Positions 15,679-30,119 of a DNA stretch of 64,000 bases are shown here, piece by piece. The stretch's first letter is position 1. Each line of letters begins with the position of its first letter. The notes below the pieces were generated by a model. The model saw only the letters and a list, made by a program, of their open reading frames with translations, was not told where the DNA came from and made no database searches. A program made the translations under genes and the position numbers. Location: the NCBI RefSeq assembly GCF_009914755.1, contig NC_060932.1; one strand, given 5' to 3'. This stretch comes from the human T2T-CHM13v2.0 reference genome, Homo sapiens.

Positions 15679-16072
15679 AACATATTTTTATTTTCATCAC
15701 TATCTTTTAGTTCCTCTTGTAAATTTTTTTTGGACCTATTGGTTATTTAGGAGTATATTGTATGACTACATAAATGTCCTTTAATTGATTTCTAATATCA
15801 TTCTATTATGTCCAGAAACATGTTTTGTATGTTTTCAATCCCTTTTTGCGAATTTTGTCCTATCCTTGAGCATTTTTCATGTACACTTTAAAGATTACTC
15901 TCCTGTCATCAGGTATCTGTTAGATCTAGTTGGTTTTTATGTTGTTCAAGTCTATTTCCTTGTTGATATCGTGCGTGGTGATTCTAAGCATTATTTAATA
16001 TACGGTGCTAATTTCTCAATAAAACAATTTCTCCCTCCAATTCTGTCCATTGTTCTTTCACGGCTTATTATG

Positions 16073-16942
16073 TGTTCAGAAGGAATAAGACTTTTTCCCT
16101 ACACTCATACACCACTCAACACAATAGTCACTGAAGTATGTGGGGGTTTCTCCACATTCACAACCAATTCTCCAGGAGACACCAGTTGGGTGTTTTATAA
16201 TTCAATTATAATACTATGTATCTGCTGATTTCATGAGCTCATACAGGTTAAGGGCTCAGCCCTACAAGATCACCCCAAGTTTCGGGTGTCAATTGGTAGC
16301 AGTGGGTTGTCAGTTATACTTCTGACCAATCAGCTATAAATGGGGGTTTGCAGGATCATCTATCTGGGTTTAATTTACTAGGAGGGCTCACAGAACTCAG
16401 GGAAACATTTATCCCTTTAATATCAAAGATATTGCAAAGGATATAGATAAACAGTGAGATAAAGAGATACACAGAGTGAGGTCTGAAAAGGTCCTAAGTG
16501 TTGGGGCTTCTGTCCCTGTGATGTTGGGATGCCCACCTTCCAAGCACATAGATGTACTTGCCAACCTCAAAGCTCTCCAAACCCCATACTTTGGGTTTTT
16601 ACAGAGGCTTTATAACACAGACATGGCTGATTAAATCAATGGTCAGTGGTATTAACTAAACCTTCACCCTATTCTTGCTCCCTGGAGGTGGGGTGTGTGC
16701 GGAAGGAGGGGAGGCTGAAAATTCCAACCCTCTAATCACATGGTTGTTTCCCCTAACAACCTGTCCCCTTGCTGAGCTTATCTAGGAGCTCACCAAGGCT
16801 TGCCTCATTAGAATAAACAATGCTCCTATCATTCATCCAAGGCATCTAGGAACCCTGTGTCAGAACTGCTGTCACTCAGGAGGTCCATTTCAAGAACCAG
16901 GAGCAGAGACCAAATCTGTATTTCTTATTTATCATAGTATCA
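16073..16942 (-). mobile_element. LTR, MER21-like
   Basis: caggttaagggctcagccctacaagat motif; tgtt...atca ends. Confidence 0.7.
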
Positions 16943-17039
16943 CTGGGGCTTATATTGATTGGAAGTGTTTTATCACCTTGATGAAATGACCCTTATTATA
17001 AAATGTTCTTCCTTGTTTCTAGGAAAAAATATCTTACCT

Positions 17040-18044
<1,005 letters not shown>

Positions 18045-19664
18045 CTACAGAGTCAAAAGTGTTTTTTCAGGACACCATTAATTTCTACTTTAAGGAATTA
18101 TTAAAAACATCATTTAAGTAATAATTGTCATAATTCATAACATTTTAAAACAGTAAAGTCTATGAAGCTATTTTGGTCTATGAAATCATACCTCATCCTA
18201 AATTCAGATTTACTTTAACTGCTTATTTGGCAGTGCCTTCTGTCCAATTTCAACAGTGACCATACCATTATCTATGTCAGCACAAAGATACCAATTTGAC
18301 TCACGTGGACTTTGAAACAGCCATTAGGAAAAATAGCAGTTAGGTGGGCAAGATGGATATATAGATTCAGACCAACAAAAGCCAATTCAAATACTTGGAG
18401 TCCTACGCAGTAAGCAAGTATTAGTACAATCATCCAATAGACTGTACCTTAATTTTCTTTACTGGTTCAGAGAATAAAGATAATGTGGTTTTCTATGTGT
18501 TAAAAATGTCCAACAACTTCTCGAATGCTTGACTAGCTGAAGTTGCTTTTATCTGTTGATTGTACTCCTCTGACTCACTGATCATTCTTCTAGGCAAGAA
18601 TTATTAGGAACAAAAGGTGAGGAGTCAGATCAGTCCATTTTGCTGCTTACTGGCACATATTTAAACACATTCCTTCCACTCAGGCGTTTATACCATTTCC
18701 AAAGGGAATAAAAGTAAAATGAAGTCTTTGTCATCAAGAAATACTCCTCACGATGTCTGGATTTTTTTCTCCTTGTCATGTACCAGGCTGTCTCAATTAT
18801 TTTAAAATACTATTATTCAGGCAAACACTACTCAACGAATAAAGCAAATTCTAATCAGTGATTTTGTGGCTCAAGGCTTCATAAGTATCCAAGAGAAGCT
18901 CATACACTATCACAGTTCCATTCATTTTCTTCCCAAATTAGTTTTGGATAACTTTGCATAAAAGTAGTTCTGCTCTGAAACAAATGTTGACCAGTTGCAT
19001 GCCAATAAAGTACTTTAATAATACTTTTTCATATTTTAAATTTCTTCCCATTAAATCAATAAAGCATGGAGATTTGAAAATGCCTCCTGATGCATTGAGA
19101 GGTACAGAAATGGTACCTTGAAATCAATATATTTTCTATCAAAACAGATGCAACTAAAGATGAAGCTCTGGATCATTACCTTTAAAATCAGTAGGCATTT
19201 TAATCAAACTTAAAAAATATCAAATAACAAAATAGATGACAAAGTGGAAAGTTTAAAAAAAAATTCTATTTGGAACCCCAAAATTCCAGGCAGGCCCAAT
19301 TCTTAAATATTTGGCTAATCAAGGTATCATCCTTTATGGGAGCAAATATTAATCAAAAGTCAAAATACTCTCTATATCGGAGGCCTACGTCATCCCGCAA
19401 CAATTTAAGGCTACTCTCTGCAGCGACAATATAACCATTTTCAAATGCTTTCTTATGATAAAAAGATGTTTTCTCTGTTTGTGTTCGTTTAAAGATACAT
19501 TAAATGCCCTTTAGAGCAAAGTTCCTTGATAAATTTATCATTTCTGGAAGAACTTATCCTCAATATGTTTAATACATTCCCATAAACAATTTTTAGTAAA
19601 GAATTTGGGGAAACAAGTGTCCAAGCTCTAGCAGGTTTCGTGAACTAAGGGCAAGACTCCAAAA

Positions 19665-19865
19665 CAGACAAATTCTGTAAATTTCTGTAAAGGACCAGAG
19701 AGTAAATATTTTAGGCTTTGCAAGTCATATATTCTGTTACAGTTATTCAACACTATAATTGGTGTGAAGATGTAAACAACTGGGTTTGGCTATTTACGAT
19801 AACACTGATTTACAGAAACAAGCCCCAGATGGATTTTGCCTATGAGTCATAACTTGTCTACCCCT
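19665..19865. mobile_element. MER58-like hAT MITE
   Basis: ttctgtaaaggaccagagagtaaatattttaggctttg motif. Confidence 0.6.
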
Positions 19866-20908
19866 TGTCTTAAAGAAAACCAGAAGGAAGTGGTATTGGT
19901 ACTGAGGACAACATCGTGAGTGAGCAAGCAAACAGGTTAGGCATCCTGATGTATTCTATTCTCCAAATGCAGGTTTTCGCTTTGTTAAAATAAAGGGCAC
20001 TTTCCCCTGACCATAACAGAGAAGCAGCTCCCAACTTCTGTTGCAATAACGAGAGCAAAGGGGAAAATGAAGATGGAGAATTTCATTCATATCAGGAGCA
20101 GCCAGAAACCGTATACAAGCTTCGGCACCAAACTCAGCAAGCGGGTGACCAAATCTTTGAGCGTGCCATCCCTGGCAATCTGGGGAATGTAACCTACAAA
20201 GCTCTGACCATCGCCTAACTTAAAATCAGCCCTAGGAGAGCTGCGAATAGGGCAGCTGTGTCAATCAGGTATTCACTAGGAAAGCTGACAACAGCATATA
20301 CTCTGATTCAGAGGTTGAAGAATTAAGCATAATGATTCTAAAATTCTTCATTTTTGATAGTGTCAGGTCTGGAAGCTTTGCGGAAAACGTGCTTTCGGAG
20401 AAACTAAAAGCCCTCATCATCCATTGGTAAAATCTGGCTTCATAAATCTCAGGATATTAAAAACACAGCAGGCATACTCTCCCATATGACAATTCCACCT
20501 CCTCCAACATGTTACAATAAATGGTGGAAAGGCATACTACTGATTTGGTAATTACTTCAGTTATGTGGCTCTGCTGAAAGCTCCTGTTTTGCTTTTATTT
20601 TGCATGCTTTGCTATCAAATAAGTTTGATTATGTCATGCTGCCCTCAGGTGTCCATTCCTTTTTAAATGTATGATTGGGGGGCAAAGGAGAACCCTTTGT
20701 AAATTTTAAAACCAGGACTACAGTGGATATTCAATGTGCTCTCTCACAAACCCTAATCACAGAGCTCATTTAAGTGCTAAAAGCTCAACATTTAGGAATA
20801 TCTGATATGTCACTGGGACTTCTCCCACCTGTCCTATAATATCCTGCCTTTGAAAAAGGAATCAGAGTGGTAAAAAGAAAAAAAGGAACTAAAAATAGTA
20901 CCACAGCA

Positions 20909-21352
20909 CAGTGGTTCTCAAAGCGTTTCAGAGATACTGTTCCAGATGTCCATGAGGTCAACCCTATTTTTATAGTAACACTAAAAACATTTTTTTCATT
21001 CTCTCAAATATACAGTAGAGTTTTCTAGAAGATGCATGACTTCTGATACACTGCAACCGACTATAAACACAAACAGATATGAGAATCTAGCCATCTTTTA
21101 CTAAGCCAAATATAAAAAGACTAGCAACAATTTTAAGTGCTATTCTTTAATATATTTCTCACTTAGGAAAGTATGACTATTATTCATAAATGTGTTATTC
21201 ACTTAATGGGTTTTTAATGATTTAATGCAATTTAAAAATCTTATCAGTTTCAGTTCCAGATAAATATTAATATGTAAACAAAAGATTTTGGGGCTTCTCA
21301 AAAATTTTAAGAGTATAAAGCTATCCTGGGACCAAAAAGTTTTAGAATACTG
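20909..21352. mobile_element. hAT-Charlie non-autonomous element
   Basis: TIR-like ends cagtggttctcaaa ... tttagaatactg. Confidence 0.6.
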
Positions 21353-22037
21353 AAATATCAGACTTCTATTGATATTTCATGGAAAGCACTTCCCCTAAAA
21401 TTTGAAAAGATAAACACACCTAACTCACTGTCAAATTACAAGGACTAACCAAACAATTTTTAACTTGATTGCTGTAGCAGGACTGGCATTAAAGTAAGCA
21501 ACAGGATTGGAAACAAGAGTCAGGGGTTTCAGCCACCATCATCCTCATTCCTCCCTCCTTCCTCCACAATCAATTTGCAGAAAGTAAGAAAGAGCGAAAC
21601 TGACTTAGAATTTGACCTGCTTTCCTTGATCACGTTCTATAACAGAACTGTGCCAATGTAAAAAGCTTACAGTGATAAGAAGACTGAATAATGTGTAAGT
21701 TAGATAATATGAGGTCCCTCAATAAGCCCCACTGACACAACTGATTAAAGCTACCCTGAGGTATTTTCCATATATAAACCTGTTCTTAAAAAAGCAAAAC
21801 TACCAAAAGTGGGAGGCTAGAGGGTGGGGAAAGGGGACAGGTGAAGGAACAGAGGATGGAAAAAAGGAAAGAAGGCTTTCATTCTAAGAGGTCATAGAAT
21901 CCAACAAAATTGACCAGTGCATGATTAAACTATGGCATACTTAGATAAGGATTCCTATTAAAGTCTAGACCATTGGCAATATGATAGTAAATTATATTCT
22001 CAATTTCAATTTACAATTCATCATTTTTAGATCATAA

Positions 22038-22353
<316 letters not shown>

Positions 22354-22589
22354 AACATTCTTCTATAAAAACATTTCAACACCTAATGGTTAGGTTCTCA
22401 GGCTATTCTCTATATCCTTATTGTGGAGACAGAAAGAGTATTGGTGAAAATGAACGCCAGGCCCCACTAGAAACCCTCTGCAACTGTGAGATCTAGCCCT
22501 GATCCTTCTCTTAGGACCACCGAGAAGCTGCAGGGATGACGGCCTTGGGGCCACTGTGTCTGGGAAGCTCCAAGTCAGGTAAAAACATA

Positions 22590-25250
22590 GACCAAAAGCT
22601 TCTCAAGGTGATAAGCAACCTTGGCGAAGTCTCAGGATACAAAGATCAATGTGCAAAAATCACTAGCATTCCTACACACCAAAAGTCAAGCCGACAGCCA
22701 AATCATGAATGAACTCCCGTTTATAACTGCCAACAAAAGAATAACATACCTAGGAATACAGCTAACAAGGGAAATGAAGGACCTCTTCAAGAAGAGCTAC
22801 AAACCACTGCTCAAAAAAATCAGAGATGACACTAACAAATGGAAAAACATTCCATGCTTACAGAAGACTGGAAGAGTCAGTATCACGAAAATGGCCATAC
22901 TATCCAAAGCAATTTATAGATTCAATGCTATCCCCATTAAACTACCATTGACCTTCTTCATTTAATTAGAAAAAAACTATTTTAAAATTCATATGGAAGC
23001 AAAGAACCACCCAGACAGTCAAAGCAATGCTAGGCAAAAAGAGGCAAGCTGGAGGCATCGTGCTGTCTGACTTCAAACTGTACTACAGGGCTACAGTAAC
23101 CCAAACAACATGGTACTGGTACAAGAATGAACACACAGATCAATGGAACAGAATAGAGAACCCAGAAATAAGACTGCATGCCTACAACCATCTGATCTTC
23201 AGCAAACCTGACAAAAACAAGCAATGGGGAAAGGATTCCTTATTTAATACATGGTGCTAGAAAAACTGGGTAGCCATACGCAGAAAACTGAAACTGGATC
23301 CCTTCCTTACACCATATACAAAAATCGACTCAAGATGGATTTAAGACTTAAATGTGAAACCCAAAACCAATAAAACCCTAACAGAAAACATAGGCAATAC
23401 CATTCTGCACACAGACATGGGCAAAAATTTCATGATTAAGATGTCAAAAGCAATTGGAATAAAAGCAAAAATTGACAAACGGGATCCAATCAAACTGAAC
23501 AGCTTCTGCAGAGCAAAAGAAAGTATCAGAGTCAACAGACAACCTACAGAATGCGAGAAAAATTTTGTAATTTATCCATCTGACAATGGTCTAATACCCG
23601 GCACCTACAAGGAATTTAAATGTATAAGGAAAAAACAAACAATCACATTAAAAAGTGGGCAAAGGACACAAAGAGACACTTCTCAAAAGACATATATGCG
23701 GCCAAGAAACATGAAAACAACCTTAATATCACTGATCAATATCGCAAATCAAAACCACAATGAGATACCATCTCACACCAGTCAGAATGGCTACATTATT
23801 AAAAAGTCAAAAAACAACAGATGATGGCGAGGTTGTGAAGAAAAAGGAATGCTTTTACGCTGTTGGTGGGAGTGTAAATTAGTTTAATCATTGTGGAAGA
23901 CAGTATGGTAATTCCTCAAAGACCTAGAACCAGAAATACCATTTGACCTAGCAATCCCATTACTGGGTATATATGTAAAGGAACAGAAATCATTCTGTTA
24001 TAAAGATACATGCATGCATATGTTAATTGCAGCACTATTTACAGTAGGAAAGACATGGAATCAACCTAAATGCTCATCAAGGGCTGGATAAAGAAAATGT
24101 AGTACATATACACCATGGAATGCCATGCAGCCACAAAAAGAGAATGAGATCATGTCCTTTACAGGGACAGGGATGGAGCCAGAGGTCATTATCCTTAGTA
24201 AACTAAGGCAGGAACAGAAAACCAATTACCATGTGTGCTCACTTGTAAGTGGGAGCTGAATGATGAGAACACATGGACACATGGGGCAGAACAGCTCACA
24301 GTGGGGCCTGTCAGAGGGTGGAGGGTGGGAGGAGTAAGAACATCAGGAAGAACAGCTAATGAATGCCAGGCTTAATACCTGGGTGATGGGCCAGTTAGAA
24401 TGGTGATCATTAAAAAGTCAGGAAACAACAGGTGCTGGAGAGGATGTGGAGAAATAGGACCACTTTTACACTGTTGGTGGGACTGTAAACTAGTTCAACC
24501 ATTGTGGAAGACACTGTGGAGATTCCTCAAGGATCTGGAACTAGAAATACCATTTGACCCAGCCATCCCATTACTGGGCATATACCCAAAGGATTATAAA
24601 TCATGCTGCTATAAAGACACATGCACACTTATGTTTATTGCGGCACTATTCACAATAGCGAAGACTTGGAACCAGTCCAAATGTCCATCAATGATAGACT
24701 GGATTAAGAAAATGTGGCACATATACACCATGGAATACTATGCAGCCATAAAAATGATGAGTTCATATGCTTTGTAGGGACATGGATGAAGCTGGAAACT
24801 ATCATTCTGAGCAAACTACCGCAAGGACAGAAAACCAAACACCGCATGTTCTCACTCATAGGTGGGAACTGAACAATGAGAACACTTGGACACAGGGTGG
24901 GGAACATTGCACACCCCCTGTCGTGGGGTGGGGAGAGGGAGGAGGGATAGCATTAGGAGATATACCTAATGTAAATGACAAGTTAACAGGTGCAGCACAC
25001 CAACATGGCACACACATACATATGTAACAAACCTGCACGTTGTGCACATGTACCCTAGAACTTAAAGTATAATAACAAAATAAAATAAAAAATAAAAAAA
25101 TAACTCTGTAAGGTATCAAAATAGAAAAAAAAAAAAAAAACAAAACTGGGTGACGAGATGATCTGTGCAGCAAACCACGTTGGCATTTGTTTACCTATGT
25201 AACAAACCTGCACATCCTGCACATAGACCCCTGACCTTAAAGTTAGAAAT
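22590..25250 (+). mobile_element. 5'-truncated older primate L1 (ORF2 3' part and 3'UTR), interrupted at 24390
   Basis: ORF2 peptides INVQKSLAF.., YLGIQLT.., WYWYKN..; 3'UTR resumes at 25146. Confidence 0.92.
24391..25145 (+). mobile_element. Younger L1PA 3' fragment nested in the older L1, with a bipartite poly(A) tail
   Basis: ORF2 C-terminus CWRGCGEIG...HIYTMEYYAAIK, L1PA 3'UTR, TSD ctgggtgatggg/ctgggtgacgag. Confidence 0.9.
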
Positions 25251-27836
25251 CAAAAGATCTTTGCAAATAATAATTTAGGAAAAAAAGCCAGGTAAGACAA
25301 GACAAACACGGCACCAAGGAGATAGGAGAGAGGACTCCAAAGGAGAAGGCAGTGCTAGCACAGTAGAAATTATGACCATGGATGGAATCTACAGCAGGGG
25401 AAAGCTCAGAGAGAAAACTGAATGCCAACGATAGCTTTCATGGCAGATGGCATCACCTTTCAAGGCAGAGGGCATCACAGATACAGAGAAGCACAGACAG
25501 AAGAGGTATCCACAGGGAAGATATTATCCTGCAGGACGATGAGAGGATAGCCTGCAAATGTACTTAACAGCTGCCAGTTACAATAGTGATCATTACAGAT
25601 GCAGAGAGTTCTTGAGGACATTAACTCTATGAGGTTCATCAATATCATGGAAGTCTGTGATGTTTTTGACGGTGAAAATATAAAATAGCACAATATGAAG
25701 CATTAAATTTTTAAAATAATTTTTATAACAGTCATTTTCCACTACTAATAAACCAAATATTTATCCAGTATTTAAGATTCTAGGCTCCTAGAAAGCCAAT
25801 GCAATAATTAAGTTTATAGATTAGAAAAGAAATAATGAATTCTTACAATCTATCTCACACTGAACTCCACATTTTTTTAACACTGTTCTGTTACAAAACC
25901 TAAACTTACTTTCTTCCTTGATTATATTCTTCTCCCTACCAGTAAGTTGTACTAGATATGGTTTCAACCCTTTCCAAACTTACAACCCAACACTAAAAAC
26001 ATTAGTAAGGTCGTGCCTGATCATTAAACTCAGACCACAGGGCATGATACTCAACATGCTCTGAGTATGTCAAGGGTAAAGTATATGTAGGAGGCCCAGC
26101 CCGAGAAAGAGAGCTACCTCTAAGAACCACAACCAGGCTCTTATACCAATTGTACATGGTGGGCTGGCTTCTGCCAATACTGGAGAACAGAGGGATGCTG
26201 GATAAAACTGCTACTGAAAATCTCAAGCCTTGATGTTAAAAGGTACATTTTGTCAAAAAATCTTGATTAAAAACAATGCCCTGGCTACCGCCTCTTACCA
26301 TGGCCTGACCTTGGCCAGCCACTGACTTGTGTATCTCTTGTGACTTTCTAGTTGTGGAACTGGCCAGCTGACTATGCTCTGATCTATCTCACTCCTCACT
26401 GCTATGCAATTCTATACTTAACCCTCCTACCACCTTAGAACACCAGCCCTGGGTGATAATCCTGCCAGGACGGTAGGAACCTGACTAAACTGTGACTGAA
26501 GTACAAGCAAGCTAGTTAGTGGTAGGAAACAGAACGCATTTGAAGATCCATCCAGAAAGGGAGTAAGCATAAACTTATTCTAACATATCAAATCTTATCC
26601 ATACCATTTCAAACAAGGTTGAAGAAAAAGACTTTCAACTCTTACCTTGTTGATAGTTGAAACAATATTCAATAAAACTTAGTTCCAATATAGCAAAGAA
26701 AGAAACTCTAGAGTTTAAGAGAAATGTATCTGTATGTGTAGAAGTTTAATTTACATAAGTATTTTGTAGATAAAGAGGCATTTCAAAAATAAAACAAATT
26801 ATATAGCAAATTCACCACACGACTACAATTATAAAATATTTAATTTAAGGGAATAAACTACTTGCAGACAAGTAAAAACAAGTAGATACTCTTGCTAGGA
26901 AAATGATATATCAGTCACATTTTTTTAAAAGCAGGTACTGAATTCTCCCAAATATTGTATATACTTCAGATTGTTTTTTATCTAGCCTAATTAGAGAAGT
27001 TTAACATAATCCAACATGAAATTAAAACACCTCCCCAGTGTTTTCCCATCATAGCACCTCAGCAACCTGCTACCATGTCTTCAGTGAAACCTGACTAATG
27101 AGGTCAGCCTAGCCAATACCATCAGAGAGGATTATTTGGCTTCCATGAACATTGTCTCATTCACCTCTGATCCTTACCCAAATGGCAAAGAGTATGGAAA
27201 GGAGGAGGCACACGCATGCTATATACATGTTTGTTGAAGGGGAAAGTTAGAAAAAGAAAGGGATTTCAACATGTCACATTAGCTAAATGTAAGTAAAATA
27301 TTAGTATACATTCCATTATTTTATTAGTAAGGAAATTAGCAGGCCAAACCAAGGCCCATATTAATGCATTCTCAGTGCCTCATTCCTCAGAGTAAAGGAA
27401 AGGTTCACCAAGAGCAGCCAAAACAAGTTAATCTCCCAAGAGGGGAGTCAGACCTCCTCATAGGGGAGTCAGCCCTCCCCTACTGAAAGCATATGAGGAC
27501 AAGCTGGTCTTGGCACTTCTTAGAAAGATCATGCTGCAGTATTGCTATTATGACACAATGGTAAGGAAAAAAAGAATAATGGTTGATTAGTGTACTCCCC
27601 ATGAAGATTATTCTGGCATCGGATCAAGTAATGGGTGGTCATATTCTAGGTAGTATAGCATTAAGGAGAAGGTGAAAAGGAGCAGAACAGTAGAAATAAT
27701 TCATTTTATCTCCTGCATGATTCGATTTCATAGGGGCCATGCTGACAAGTCAAACAGACACTAAAACAACAACAAAAAAATCAGGCAATCATGATGCAAG
27801 AGAAGCTACATCCAGAATTATGGATTAAAAACTTAC

Positions 27837-27839
27837 CAC
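27837..27839 (-). CDS. PSD3: Candidate 3-nt microexon GTG (Val) after ...DLHGH
   Basis: Minus strand reads ACTAAC...tttcttctatctttctcctct...ttcttctag|GTG|gtaagt. Lies in a phase-0 intron. Confidence 0.7.
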
Positions 27840-29790
27840 CTAGAAGAATAATTTATTTTTAAAATGAATCCAGAGGAGAAAGATAGAAGAAACATATTTA
27901 CATGGTTAGTTCTTATGACAGCTACTATATATTCAACAGACTTGTAACAGCATGCATTATGGAAAACTAATACATAAAACCTAAATAGACAATCCCAAGT
28001 ATATCGCACACATTTTTAAAACAGAGAACTACTTATCACCAAACACATGATCCTGAATACGACAGAGATTCACTGTTATTGATAATTTTCTCCCTCTTCT
28101 ATCAGTAATTTTGCCACGACTGCCAATTATTAATTATCCATGATTGGCCTAACTCAAGGTAATATTAAAATGTTAATTTATGTAAACTCTTTTCCATCCC
28201 AGTTGCCAAGAAGAAGCAGGATGCTTCATCTAATCTCCTTACAATTCCTTGTAAGTCTAAAGAAGAGCAAATGTCCTAGATTTGCAGCTCTAAACCTGTA
28301 GCTACTGAAACCTGGGTGTCCACAGCTCATCTAGACATCAAGCATGCTGAGATATCTAATAAAAAATAACATCTTTATTGGTTGCTACATTTCAAGTTCT
28401 TATGATTCAGATACATGCTTATGTAAAAGTATTATTAAAGCTATATTAGCTTTTTAAAAATGCAATCTAGGATTTAGTAGAAACAAATCATCAAAAATGT
28501 GACAAAAGCTCTAAGAGATCTGCAACCTTTAAAGAGAAATTGCAATATTACTGAATTTTTTTCCTCCCACCATTAAACTTTTCTCAGTTAACAGATGCTA
28601 AACGTACAACTCTTTTATGTTGATGGAACCTCAAAATATCTAGTGTGAAGGGAATTCTTCACGCTGGTGATCACTGACTTGATTCAATGTTATATGTGGC
28701 CAAACGCACTCAAAATTTTCTCCTTTGGCCAGAAAGGCTAAGGAAAAGAAGGGTGCAAAGAGCAACTGTTATCACCAAACAGCCAGACAAAGCAGTGAAA
28801 ACTTGCTTGGCCAGTAACACGAAAAAAGTGGTCATGACAATCCACTGACTGGCCATCCCTTTAACAAGCTGGATGAACATTAGATTGCGGTAGTCATGTC
28901 AAGATTCACACTGTGAAATGCCTGCATTTCCACATGGTGTATTAGCCGTGCTATACTGCCCAAGAATGCTTCCTGAAAGTATTTTCTTTTCATCTGTATT
29001 ATCTCTGGACATGTGCTACCTATGTTTACAAGCCACTAAGTGATTCTAAATTCACCTCTTATATATGGCAAAAGGAACTTTCTAGCTGAGTAGTTTGAGA
29101 TATGTTAAAATGATGTTAAAATTAGGATTCTATCACTATATCTCCTGTTTGCTTTCTGGTGGTGGAACCCTTTCTCCCTGAACCCCTTCCTCTTATAACA
29201 GCTAGTCCAACTTAATGGTCCCATAGAGCTCCATGGTTCCTTTCTTAAAAGGGAACACTATATTTTCCAAAAAAGGAAATTATGTGACTAGCAGAATATC
29301 TAAATATCAATTTTTTATATGTAATTTTTAAATTGTAAGATATATTACGGCAAATCAAGGGATAATATACTCTACACAGACACCTGATTTTCTCTTCAAA
29401 ATACAATCAGAATTCGTTAAATATGGACTAATCTATACTTACTTAGAGCAAAAATTACTTCATAGTCCCAGGTTAATGAGTATTATGAAGAGTTCGAGTA
29501 AATGCTAAAATTCTACTTCTACAAAACTTGCAAATTTATATATAATTATACATTTTAACACTTTATCTTCTATCTTAAGTAGATGATGAGACGGTAATTA
29601 GTTTGTTTTATTATTTCAACTAGTAAAAGACTAGATACGCTGAGGGGCACAAGAAAGGCTGAGTTATTCAACTCACTATGGTATGTAGGGAAAACACAAT
29701 TCACATTTTCAGATCTAATTTGTATTCTCTCCATCATTATCTATCAACTGTAATTCTCAACCAGAAAACAAAAATAAGTAAAAGCTCTGT

Positions 29791-29806
29791 CTGCCATCTA
29801 CTGGAC
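29791..29806 (-). promoter_or_regulatory. CTCF-like motif (GTCCAGTAGATGGCAG)
   Basis: Close match to the CCAGYAGRKGGCRS core; motif match only. Confidence 0.45.
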
Positions 29807-30060
29807 AAAGAAGACACAGAACACACACATTACTGCTAAAACAACTCCAGACACCAAGACGATGGATTTAAAGTCATACTCTGTGCTAGCATGTGAAATA
29901 AAAAAATTATTTCTTTTTTCAAAGATTTCTTTTTATTCACCTGCCATGGGAACCATGTAGAGAATGGGAAACGGGGAGGCAGAAAATAAATGTGTTTGAA
30001 CATAAAAGCAGAGATAAGCCCGACATGTTTTGGATCTAAGTTTCACAAATCCACACTTAC

Positions 30061-30119
30061 GTGGCCATGTAGATCGGTATTAAGAAGCATTATTGCACAG
30101 GTAAGGCAATGGACTCCAT
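30061..30119 (-). CDS. PSD3: PSD3 coding exon (59 nt): DGVHCLTCAIMLLNTDLHGH (Sec7 motif 2), ends in phase 0
   Basis: Acceptor tatctttctttag|, donor CAC|gtaagt. Conserved Sec7 LLNTDLH motif. Confidence 0.96.

Noticed and set aside
15785-16228. 147-aa hydrophobic ORF
   Set aside because: Spans antisense L1 and an LTR junction; hydrophobicity reflects T-rich composition.
22621-24777. Long ORFs with L1 ORF2 similarity
   Set aside because: Frameshifted, 5'-truncated L1 remnants; not host genes or active elements.
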